From Pachysolen tannophilus NRRL Y-2460 (Eukaryota): a stretch of 54,955 nucleotides of DNA. A program made the translations under genes and the position numbers. Positions 33,619 to 44,067 of the stretch are shown one piece after another. The notes beneath the pieces were generated by a model that saw only the letters and a program-made list of their open reading frames with translations, was not told the origin of the DNA and did no database searches. Location: the NCBI GenBank assembly GCA_001661245.1, contig KV454017.1, forward strand, positions 305,927 to 360,881, given 5' to 3'. How positions within the stretch are numbered: the stretch's first letter is position 1; each line of letters opens with the position of its first letter.

Positions 33619-33728
33619 ATGAACATTTTATTCCAAAAAAAAAAAAAAATTAAAAAAAAAAAAAAAAAATTATTATACTAATGAAAACAAATAATATATA
33701 TATGTATATATACATGTATATAAATTTG

Positions 33729-34463
33729 TCATAAATATGTTAAATCTACAAGTTCTTCTGGGATATTTAATTCTTTCCTTAAATCGGATTTTGGAATTGG
33801 ACGTATTGGATCATTACTAAAATGATATAATAACAGTTCAATATTATCAGTATATATCTCTGCTGCATTTTTTAAATTTTCAAAATTTTTTTGTAAATTT
33901 TCAAGAGTCTTGGGATCATTTTCTTTTAAAAGTTCTAATTTTTCCGTATTTTGAAATTTAATTTGATTTAAATTTTCTAATTCTTTAATTAAATCAGATC
34001 TTTTTGTAAATTTATCAATTTTTTCAATTCTTTTATCTAATTCTAGTCCAATTGTTTCTTCAACATCGGTTTTCTTTTGTCTTAAATCTTGAATCTTATT
34101 ACTTAACGTTGTATGTTCTTGATTTAATTTTTTTTGAATTTCAAATTCGAAAACCCAATATAAATTTGATATTCCACATTTTTCACAATTCACCAAATTT
34201 TCATCCAATAAATTTTGTAAAACTTCTTTAATCTGCATCGACGAAATTCCAGTAAATTTGGACCCAGCATTTTCAACTTCTTTAATATTATAGAACTCAT
34301 GTTTTCTCTTAAAAAAATCCAATAGTTTAATTTTTTTCTCTTCTAATGATAATCCTCTCTTGGCAACCTAAACAAAAACCCGTTAGCACAAACTAAACAT
34401 AATTTATTAAAAAGAGAAGAAAAAAAAACAAAAAAGAATTAAAATTCTACTAGTTCATACCAT
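33729..34463 (-). CDS. MND1: Meiotic recombination protein Mnd1; exon 1 is the ATG alone (34463-34461), exon 2 is 34367-33729
   Basis: Splicing 34460-34368 (GTATGA, TGCTAAC, TAG) gives MVAKRGLSLEEKKIKLLDFF. Also KEVLQNLLDENLVNCEKCGISNLYWVF and YTDNI. Confidence 0.92.
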
Positions 34464-34967
34464 ATTTCCAATTATTGCTTATAGTATCAATTCATAAAAC
34501 AAACTTATAGAAAAAAACAAAAAGAGAGAAACTACCCATCTTATATACTTACCTACTACCTATTCAACTTGGTACTGCCCTCTATCTTCAAAGTAAGGAA
34601 TACAACATCCGCAATGTTGTACTTTCCAAATCAGGAAATCATCTAAAAATAACACATCTTTTGTTGTCGTGTGTGGTACCACAAAATTTCGGAGCATTTT
34701 TTATTTTTTCTTGGCATAAAATTTACATAGTCTCCGAAGGCATCCTTTTCTCTGACTTGCATTGGAATTGTATAATTAATTTCAAATTAAAGAGATTTAA
34801 TCTATGTTAATTTCATTTAGAAATAATAGATATCAATTAACTATAAAATTTATTGATTTAATTTATTTGTATTTTAATTCAATTTCGAATACTTTTTTTT
34901 TTTCTAAAAAACTTTTTAAGTCTTAGTTTAGTTTCGTTTTTTTTTTTTTTTTTTTGGTCTGTGAGAT

Positions 34968-36395
34968 ATGGGAAGACATCAATCCAGAATAGAAGCTAGA
35001 TTAATTAATTTATTGAATAGTCCAGAAAATGCAAACAAGTGTGGTGAATGTGGTTCTCAGTATCCGACTTGGGCAAGTTATAATTTAGGTATATTTTTAT
35101 GTGGAAGATGTGCTTCGTTACATAAGAAATTAGGTTCTGATATTTCAAAAGTTAAATCATTATCTTTAGATACATGGACAGATGGTGAAATTGATAAACT
35201 TTCGTATGTTGGTAATAAGAAAGCAAGGTCGATTTGGAATCCTAAAAAAGTTCCATTTCCGTTTGATGATGAAGATACAGCTGCTATTGAACAATATTTA
35301 AGGCAGAAATATATAAAGGGGCAATTTAGGTATGATGCCATTGATGATGACGAATACGATGGGTTTATTAATGATCGCGGTGGAATTAATTCTCGTGGAA
35401 GTTCTCGTGGGAGCTCTTTGAGTAGTTCCAGGCGTAATATACGCGGTCGTTCAAAAGGTTATTATGATGACGATTATGGTTATGATGATACCGATACACG
35501 TAAACACAGATTATCTAAATCTTTATCAAGACATACGACTGGTTCGGTAGCTTCTAAAAGGTTTGAATCTTATCCTAAATTAACCCATAGGCCTGTTTCA
35601 TCTTATGAGAGAGATATGTATTCGAAGCAAACTATGAGATTGAAAAGAGAATTTGGTTTTACAGATACTGATGCTATAGTTGAAGCACTTACATTGACAA
35701 AAGGTAATGTGAATATGGCTATTGAAATTATGATTGATGATCAAAAAAGTGGGAGGCCCAGCAGCGGTGCTGCTTCTAGCCGCGATACTTTATCAAGTGA
35801 TTCGAAACCACCACCATTGCCAAAGAGAAAAGATAATTTTTTAACAAGTACCAAGACAGGTTCACTGAGTAGTGTTGGATTTGGCAGTAATGACCAATCT
35901 TTTGATTGGTTATCAGGTAACTCACCGCCACCTCAATCTGCAGTTTTCACTGGTACAGGTATGGTTCAACAACAAGCGCAACAAGTGCAACAATTACAAC
36001 AACTGCAACCACAATCGCAACCGCAATTACTACAATATGTTGATCCAAATACTGGAGTGATTACTTATGTTGATCCTACAACTGGACAGCAGTACATTGA
36101 TCCAAATCAACAGCAAATGCCTTTTCAACAGCCTGTTCAAACTGGATTAGGCTTAGATAAAAATACATTATTGTCACTTTATCAAAGACCAGATTTATTT
36201 TCGAGCTCGGTTAATGTCACAGAAGATCAAAAATTAAGAATCCAAAGACAATTGGAACAAGAACAACAGTTGGCTTTACAACAACAACAACAACAGTTGC
36301 TGTTGCAGCAGCAGATAGCCTTACAACAACAGCAACAGCAACAACAACAACTGTACTATTTACAGCAACAAGGACATACTGGATTTTTTGGTTAA
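34968..36395 (+). CDS. GTS1: ArfGAP-domain protein with UBA-like region and Gln-rich tail
   Basis: CGECG...PTWASYNLGIFLCGRCASLH zinc finger, SKVKSLSLDTW, polyQ C-terminus; lies between MND1 and ATG1. Confidence 0.82.
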   Translation: MGRHQSRIEARLINLLNSPENANKCGECGSQYPTWASYNLGIFLCGRCASLHKKLGSDISKVKSLSLDTWTDGEIDKLSYVGNKKARSIWNPKKVPFPFDDEDTAAIEQYLRQKYIKGQFRYDAIDDDEYDGFINDRGGINSRGSSRGSSLSSSRRNIRGRSKGYYDDDYGYDDTDTRKHRLSKSLSRHTTGSVASKRFESYPKLTHRPVSSYERDMYSKQTMRLKREFGFTDTDAIVEALTLTKGNVNMAIEIMIDDQKSGRPSSGAASSRDTLSSDSKPPPLPKRKDNFLTSTKTGSLSSVGFGSNDQSFDWLSGNSPPPQSAVFTGTGMVQQQAQQVQQLQQLQPQSQPQLLQYVDPNTGVITYVDPTTGQQYIDPNQQQMPFQQPVQTGLGLDKNTLLSLYQRPDLFSSSVNVTEDQKLRIQRQLEQEQQLALQQQQQQLLLQQQIALQQQQQQQQQLYYLQQQGHTGFFG

Positions 36396-37271
36396 TCAAT
36401 AGCGTTTTTTGTAGTTAAAATATAAAGCTTATACATTTTAAAAATCAGCTTATCGTAAAGTGTCGTATGAGTGAATATATAGGTAGAAGTCCAGGCCCAG
36501 GCCACAGGCCAATTGCACCAAGCATAAGCTAACTACTCCAGGTATAAGCTAATTGCCCAGGGGCAGAGCTCAAGGCTTAGGATTTTTTACTTCTTCTTTC
36601 TTCCTTCCACCTTCTACCTTCCACCTTCCACTTTCCACCCAGTGCTTTCCTGCCCGCCAAAAAGAAAAAACTTTTGATTTCTCCGCAACGCTTTTTTCCC
36701 TCCCTCCGCCCACAATCTATTCACCCCAGAAAGAGTCGGCCCTACAGCCCCAGTAATCCAGGGTGGTGGCCAGTCTTTCCGTTTGCCACAACCGCGTTTA
36801 AATCTTGTTTATATTTAAAGTGTGTGATGAATCACATATTTTCTCTTATCAGCTCTTTTATAAAGATGAGTAATTCCCGTTTAATTTTTAAAATTAGGAA
36901 GTTCTACATTAAATATAAATTTAATTTAATTTAATTTATTATTATTATTATTTTTTTAAAAAAGAATCAATTTCGATATTTATCTGTATTTAAGATTTCA
37001 GATAAGTTATTGTTTATTGCCAATAAAATTCCTAATTTTGAATAACAATTTTTAGGAAGCGCTATTAGAAAGATATTAATAGTGTGTATTATCTTGTATT
37101 ATTATTATTTAATATTATTAGCTTTTTTATAGAACAAGGAACAATTTATACAAAAATTCGGGTTTATTAGAAAATCATTACAAATATATATATATATATA
37201 TATTATATATGTATATATGTTTTTGTATTCATATGTATGTATATATATCTATATTTATATATGAATAAAAA

Positions 37272-39887
37272 ATGTCTCAAAGATCTTCAAGTTCGAGTTC
37301 TCTGAAACACCAAATGCTGCTGCCGCTGGCGCATCAACAACAACAGCAACATCAACAGGTAGTTGGACAATACATTATTGGGCCCGAAATAGGTAAAGGT
37401 TCATTTGCTAATGTTTATAAAGGTTATGATAAATATACAAATCAAACAGTGGCAATAAAATCTGTTTTTAGATCAAAATTGAAGAATAAAAAATTATTGG
37501 AAAATTTGGAAGTTGAGATTTCTATATTGAAGACTTTGCAACATCCACATATCGTACTGCTATTGGATTGCCAACAGACTCAACAACATTTCCATTTATT
37601 TATGGAATATTGTTCATTGGGTGATTTAAGCTATTTTATAAGGAAAAGAGATCAATTGGTAAAGACTCATCCATTAATTAATTCTATCTTAGAAAGATAT
37701 CCATCACCGGTTAATAGTCATGGTTTAAATAAGATACTTGTGATAAATTTTTTGAAACAGTTAGCGTCTGCACTAGAATTTTTAAGAGATCAAAATTTAG
37801 TTCATAGAGATATTAAACCTCAAAACTTGTTATTAAGTTATCCACTACATTCTAAAAAAGAGTTTTCAGATAAACATTATGTTGGTATGTGGGAATTACC
37901 AATTTTAAAGATTGCGGATTTTGGATTTGCTAGAATTTTACCAAATACCTCATTACTGGAAACCTTGTGTGGATCTCCGTTATATATGGCTCCAGAGATA
38001 TTAAGGTATGAAAAATATAATGCTAAGGCTGATTTATGGTCTGTTGGGGCTGTCTTGTATGAAATGGCAGTTGGTCATCCTCCATTTAAAGCTTCAAATC
38101 ATGTTGAATTATTGAGAAAAATTGAAAGAACAAAAGATAAAATTGTTTTCCCACAATCTGCTCAAGTGTCAGAAGATGTTATTCGATTAATTTGTGGTTT
38201 GCTAAAATGTAATCCAACTGAAAGAATGGGATTTCAAGAATTTTTCCAAGATTCTTTAATCTTATCAGATCTAAGAAGTAGTGAGGAGCCATTGGATGGA
38301 ACTAATTTAGACGAAAATTTATTTATCAGTGAATATTTACCAAATAATAATCATAGTCAACAGCATAATCTTGTTCAACGTGGTTCTAAGAAACTGCAAA
38401 GTTCATCATCTAATTCTTCAAATAACAATATAGATCTGATAAAAGAAGAAAAAAGTTTATCTCCAGGTGATTCTTTACTAATCACTCTGAGTAGGAATAC
38501 AGCTACAAAATCTCACGAAGAGATTAAAAGTTTCCTGGAAGATAAGATACCGTCTGGTGAGGATTTTACGAATTCTATTACAAGTAAGGCTAAGAACAAT
38601 AATATTAATAATCAGAAAGATGATATAGTAGTTGAAAGAGATTATGTTGTAGTTGAGAAAAGAACCGTGGAAGTAAATGCTTTAGCTGATGAATTGCGCC
38701 ATGCTGGTAACGCTGGTAAAGTTAATGCTAATCATAATCAAAGTTATGCTTTAGACAGCCATAGTCGTAGTGGTAGTGGTGGTGCTAGTGGTAATGCCGG
38801 TGATGTAACAAATGGTGCTGGTAGTAGCCATAATAAGTCAAATGCAATTGCCATACAATCACCAACGAATTTGATCCGTCGGTATTCATCTTCATCTAGG
38901 TCTTCTTCAGGTACATCAAATAGGAGACCAAGTTTCAATGAAAGAAGAGTTTCTATATCAATTAGCCCAACTAATGCCCTAACGAAAGCTTTAGGTGCTG
39001 CTTCAACAAGATTGTTTGGTGGCCAAATAAGTTCTCCTTATGTTATTGAAAATGCTAATGTTGCAAATAGCACCAATAATCAGAGTAATATTAATAACAA
39101 ACAATTAGCTGCGTCATCGTCTTTTTTCGTTAACAAGGAAGACTTAGAAATTATATCTTCATTGGAATCATTGGCTACAAAAGCTCATGCAATATCGTTG
39201 TTTGCAGAAGTTAAATTTTCGCAATTGTTACCATTACCTCCATCTTCATCTGACTCTGCTGTTACCGACAGCGATTCGAAGACTTATTTGCCTCCATCAA
39301 TGATAAAGACTATATGTGAAGAAGGAGTTGTGCTTTATGTTAAAGCTTTATCTTTGTTATCAAAGGCCATGGATTTAGCAAGTCAATGGTGGGGTAAAAA
39401 CAATAATAAGCAGCTTAATCCAAGATTAATTGAATTAGTTGAATGGATTAGAGAGAGGTTCAATTCAGCTTTAGAAAAAGCGGAATTTTTGAGATCAAAA
39501 TTAAATGAATCAAACAAAGCTTTGAATATTAATTCTATTTCATTATCAAGTCAAATCCAAATTATTCCTGAAAAATTAATATTCACTAGAGCCTTAGAAA
39601 TTGCTAGGAAAGCTGCCGAAGATGAGGCGAAACAAATCGATTTGCAAAACTGTGAATTGTCATATTCCACTTCTATATGGATGTTAGAAGCGATATTGGA
39701 CCAAGACAGTAATGATGAAGATGTCGTGATCTTAGATGACGATGACAAATCTCAGGTTGAGAGATACATTGTCACTATAGGGAACAGATTGAATGTATTG
39801 AGAAAAAAGTTGGATCAATTGGAAGAAAATAGTAGTAACAGTGTTGATAATAAGGTGAATAGGGAGTTTGAAGAAGTGGATGGATGA
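37272..39887 (+). CDS. ATG1: Autophagy Ser/Thr kinase Atg1
   Basis: EIGKGSFANVYKG, HRDIKPQNLLL, DFGFARILPNTSL[CTG]ETLCGSPLYMAPE, ERDYVVVEK, C-terminal EAT/MIT-like region. Confidence 0.96.
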   Translation: MSQRSSSSSSLKHQMLLPLAHQQQQQHQQVVGQYIIGPEIGKGSFANVYKGYDKYTNQTVAIKSVFRSKLKNKKLLENLEVEISILKTLQHPHIVLLLDCQQTQQHFHLFMEYCSLGDLSYFIRKRDQLVKTHPLINSILERYPSPVNSHGLNKILVINFLKQLASALEFLRDQNLVHRDIKPQNLLLSYPLHSKKEFSDKHYVGMWELPILKIADFGFARILPNTSLLETLCGSPLYMAPEILRYEKYNAKADLWSVGAVLYEMAVGHPPFKASNHVELLRKIERTKDKIVFPQSAQVSEDVIRLICGLLKCNPTERMGFQEFFQDSLILSDLRSSEEPLDGTNLDENLFISEYLPNNNHSQQHNLVQRGSKKLQSSSSNSSNNNIDLIKEEKSLSPGDSLLITLSRNTATKSHEEIKSFLEDKIPSGEDFTNSITSKAKNNNINNQKDDIVVERDYVVVEKRTVEVNALADELRHAGNAGKVNANHNQSYALDSHSRSGSGGASGNAGDVTNGAGSSHNKSNAIAIQSPTNLIRRYSSSSRSSSGTSNRRPSFNERRVSISISPTNALTKALGAASTRLFGGQISSPYVIENANVANSTNNQSNINNKQLAASSSFFVNKEDLEIISSLESLATKAHAISLFAEVKFSQLLPLPPSSSDSAVTDSDSKTYLPPSMIKTICEEGVVLYVKALSLLSKAMDLASQWWGKNNNKQLNPRLIELVEWIRERFNSALEKAEFLRSKLNESNKALNINSISLSSQIQIIPEKLIFTRALEIARKAAEDEAKQIDLQNCELSYSTSIWMLEAILDQDSNDEDVVILDDDDKSQVERYIVTIGNRLNVLRKKLDQLEENSSNSVDNKVNREFEEVDG

Positions 39888-40491
39888 AGGGTTGAACAGG
39901 CTCGCCTTTTTTGGAAAGGTTTTTTTTTTTATATATATATTTTACACATCACTATATGGGTTTTAATTTTTTTTTTTTTTTAGGTTTTAACATTAGCAAT
40001 TTGAGATATGAGGGTTATTGTTACTTTTTACTGGTTTTGTTAGGGCGTGCTTGGTTTTAGTTGTTATACAAAGATTCATCCTTAATATTTTGGAATCATA
40101 TTTCGTTGTCTGGATTATCATTCTAGACAGTTTTTTTTTTCTGTTGAAATAATTGTTTATTTTTAACTTGTTTTATATTAATCATAAATTGAAAAAAAAT
40201 GAAAAATTTATATTTAAACTAAACATCTGATTAGTTTTGAATATTTTAAAATAGAGTAAGTTATAGCGTAAGGTTACTACCTTTTTCAAGAAATTCTTGT
40301 TCTAAAATTTAAACTTGAAGAATAAATGCTACGATTTTAATAAGAAAGTGTAGTTACGAAAATTATTAGTTAAAAGCAACCATATTTTATTAAAATATTA
40401 AGTAAAATGCAATTATTAATATTTGAAAACCACCTTAAAACCATAAAAAACCTGAAAATAGAATCCGAAAATTAGTATCATATCTGCTATT

Positions 40492-41756
40492 TTATTTGAA
40501 GTCTTTGTATGTCCATTTTTCTGTAATTTTTGGAGAATATTTCCTTTTTTTAATAACCGGTCTTCTAGATTCAATCATACCTTTATTTTGAAGTTTCATC
40601 ATTTCATCGTATAACAAATTTCCTTCCGGTTTCAATTTTCTTAATGAGTCTGATAATTCGTCTGATAATTTAACTTCTAATTGTTCATTAATGTTATCAT
40701 ACTTGAATAGTCTTTTCTTTCTACGTGTATTTTTAGAACTTGGTTCTTCAACAATTTTAGATTTTTGTTCTTGCTTTTGCTTTTGTTTTTCCAAAACTTC
40801 CTTCTCAAATTGATCTATTTTTTCTAATTCTTTAACTTGAGCTTTTAACGATTTTAATTGATTTTCCAACTCCAACCTTTGCTTGTTTCTTTTCTGTTTA
40901 TTTCTTTGAGCTTTTGTTTTCTGCTTATTAACAACTGGTGGATTAATCGACAATGACGACTTTTCATTTAAAGTTGTTTCAATTTCATTTATTTCATCCT
41001 CGTCTTCTTGTTCAGCTTCACTATCTGAAAGTTCCTGATTATCATCAATAGTTTTAATCAACTCTTGAATTCTTTCTTTTTCCTTTTCTAATGCAACTCT
41101 CTTATCTTCATTTTCCTTTTCTTTTAAATATTCTTTATTGATTAACCCTTCCCAACTTTGTAAAGATGGATTATACGATTTACCCTCATGCGGAATAATT
41201 TCAGTTTCTTTAACAGAAATAGGTTTTTCTTGTAAAGTTAATGGTGGTTTAGAAGCCTTTGTCCAACTTTTAGAACTAAATTTTTTTGAATCTTTATTTG
41301 CTTTAATACCATTATCGCCCCAAACGTCATAAGCTTTTGTATTAATAATTCCATTTCTTTCTAATTCAGTCTTTGCCTGAGTCTCTCCTTGAACTCTCCC
41401 AGCGGTCTTCATCAATCTGTGAACTTCTTTCTTAGAAACACCTTCAATTTTTTTTTCCTTTCATTACGCTCAACTTTTAAAGCTGGTGCCTTCGATCTTT
41501 GAGATAAAATTTCCAGAGATTTCAAAACTTTAACATCTCTACCTAATTTCTTCGACACTATATCATCACCCGTTGTGTCAATAGTGAATAACTCACCATG
41601 TTCTAATTCATCGATATTCTCAGTACCCAATTGTCTCAAGTCTTCTCTCTTGGCTTCAATTGCTTCTTCAATATCATCTATATCTATGTTTTTTCTCCAG
41701 GCCTTCTTCCCCTTACGAGAAGGCTGCTGTCTTTGCTGAGGTCTATCTACTTCCAT
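40492..41756 (-). CDS. NOP53: Ribosome biogenesis protein Nop53, split by a one-base frameshift in an A9 run at 41448-41456
   Basis: N-part QPSRKGKKAWRKNIDI and LFTIDTTGD; C-part HEGKSYNP, LSDELSDSLRKLKPEGNLL, TEKWTYKDFK. Confidence 0.9.
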
Positions 41757-41887
41757 TCTGATGCCCAAGCCGATACACTGTATAATAATATCTCTAAACT
41801 TAATCAATAAATAATATCTATTCTTTTAAAAGCATCTGGAAAATTTTTCTAAAATTTTTCTTAAAAAGAAAAAAAAAATTTTTTATG

Positions 41888-41897
41888 TGAAAAATTT
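41888..41897. promoter_or_regulatory. RRPE-like element upstream of NOP53
   Basis: TGAAAAATTT ~130 bp upstream of a ribosome-biogenesis gene. Confidence 0.55.
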
Positions 41898-42144
41898 CTA
41901 TTTTTTTTTTTAACCAGTAAAAGAAATTGGAACAACTTCAGCCTAATTTTCCACCTAAATACATTAACTTTTGGCGGGCGCTTTAGGCGGAAATTAGGCG
42001 GACACCGGGGAAGGAAGAGAACTAGTTGGTTGGTTTAGGTGTCAGAGTTGATGGAAAGATCAACGATGTTATATAATGCTATGACATATGATGCTACGAG
42101 ACTAAATGTTTGAAGTTTGAAGTTTAATATTTGGCTATATATTT

Positions 42145-43407
42145 CTAGTCTAAGGACAATCCCAATGCTTGACGTTGGGATTTGGAATTTGGGTCGTAGA
42201 ATGGAATTTCTGCTAATGAGGTCACTCTGGTTCCATGTCTTGGTTCTTTACCTTCGTAATCCCAAGATGCTGAATGTTGAGAAATTCTGTTATCCCAAAG
42301 AGCTGAGGTACCCAAACCAGGTTTTGAAGATTTCCAATTAAATCTGACTTGAATATCCAAATTTCTTTCGTAAACACTGTACAAGAATTCTAGGATAATT
42401 TTACTTTCTTCTGGTTCCAAGCCAACAATATACTGAGTATGACCTCTATTAACATATAAGGATTTCCAACCTGTAGCAGGATGAGTTCTAACAAGTGGAT
42501 GTTTTCTCAAGACTTTTTTCCCGCCGCTGAAGGGATCATTACGATCAAGATAATTATGCAAAGAAGCATGAACAGCTTCTTTACCTTCCAAAAATTTTTG
42601 TAAAGCTGGAGAAAGCTTATCAAATGCTGCATAACCAGAAACCCAACTTGTATCACCTCCAACATCTGGGATTGCATCAAGATGAAGATGCGTAATACCA
42701 GCTGGCTGGAATTCGTGTGGAAGATCGGTATGCCATTTTGCAGTGCCCACTTTCCCACCATTTTTAAAATTGATCTTAACTCCATTGGCTCTGGCAAGAT
42801 CTGGCCAAATAACAGTAGTACCATTTAGAGGTGTACCATCACCATTTTTCAACCCAGGAACTCTAGGCAGTTGAGCATGAACTTCTACATTCCCCCAATA
42901 TTTGCCCAATTCTAACTGTTTTTGAGGAGATAGATCTTGATCTCTAAAGAAAACAACTACTCTCTCTGCAATCAACAAAGCCAACTCATCTTTTTGCTGA
43001 TCAGTTAAATCAGACAATTGTAATCCAACAATTTCTGTCCCAATATGTTTAGTTAGATCTTTAACTTCCTTAGCAGCACTAAATAATGACTTCTTTTGAG
43101 GATCAGCATTTTTACCTCTGTCGGTAAATGGAACTTCTTGACTCCTAATTGCCTCAACTTCATCAACATAAACAGGAATGTTTTCAGCAGAAGGAATATA
43201 AGGATAACCTTTACTTAAATCAATCCCATATTTCTCAAATCTAGCACGAGTGGTATCAGGAAGCTTTAGTTGAATATTTTTTTTCAGATTGAATTTCAAA
43301 GCATTGACCTCATGAACAATTTTGTCAAGATCGTCAACAGCATTTTCGTGACTGTTTTCTTTCAGTTTAGTTGAAGTAGTTGAAGATAGAGTAGCAATTG
43401 GTGACAT
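42145..43407 (-). CDS. JLP1: Alpha-ketoglutarate-dependent sulfonate dioxygenase (TauD/Jlp1 family)
   Basis: ERVVVFFRDQ, WHTD (HxD), GGDT, HPLVRTHPATGWKSLYVN, WDNRISQH. Confidence 0.88.
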   Translation of the reverse strand: MSPIATLSSTTSTKLKENSHENAVDDLDKIVHEVNALKFNLKKNIQLKLPDTTRARFEKYGIDLSKGYPYIPSAENIPVYVDEVEAIRSQEVPFTDRGKNADPQKKSLFSAAKEVKDLTKHIGTEIVGLQLSDLTDQQKDELALLIAERVVVFFRDQDLSPQKQLELGKYWGNVEVHAQLPRVPGLKNGDGTPLNGTTVIWPDLARANGVKINFKNGGKVGTAKWHTDLPHEFQPAGITHLHLDAIPDVGGDTSWVSGYAAFDKLSPALQKFLEGKEAVHASLHNYLDRNDPFSGGKKVLRKHPLVRTHPATGWKSLYVNRGHTQYIVGLEPEESKIILEFLYSVYERNLDIQVRFNWKSSKPGLGTSALWDNRISQHSASWDYEGKEPRHGTRVTSLAEIPFYDPNSKSQRQALGLSLD

Positions 43408-44067
43408 CTAAAATGCAAAGCAAAATATCAAAAAAAAATGATCGTAAAAGTTTGCGTTGAAGTTATCTTTTCTCCAACGTTTAATACACATATATATATA
43501 TTTATATCAATAGATATATGAACACTTTGCTTAGAAATCAATTTTACCAATTACAATCCACAATTCTACAAAATTTAGTACTGTGGCAGAAACTATTGAA
43601 GGACAATTACTTTCTTCTAAAGAAACCACCTACAACATAGGTCTTTTCAATTGCCAAAAGAAAATGTGGAACTTTTCCTCTTGATGTGAAAGCTGTGTAC
43701 GAAGACGATGCAAAAAAATGTGTAAAAATATGCATCATGCAGCTGATTAGAACTAATTTTGCAGACACGCTGATAAGAAACTACTGAGGCCATTGTGATT
43801 TAAATAATCATAGAGTAATTGTTAGAGGAGCTAGAGCAGTTTTTATAGACACTAATAGATAAACCATATATTTCGATTACTTGATTTTTGATTTATGCAA
43901 CAAGTATATCTTTTACTTCGAAATAATGAAAACGAATGATCGTAATGATAAAATATAATAAAACAAAAGATGAAAAATAAAATAAAATAAAATGAAAAAA
44001 ATGAAATAATAAAACTAACCTTACACCACCCTGAGTATAAACTAATGATTAAACCACAATTATTGAT

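Noticed and set aside
37557..37958. CUG=Ser (Candida-type) code
   Set aside because: The informative sites fit Ala (SLAETL, LAL repeat, ILAKGK); none prefers Ser.
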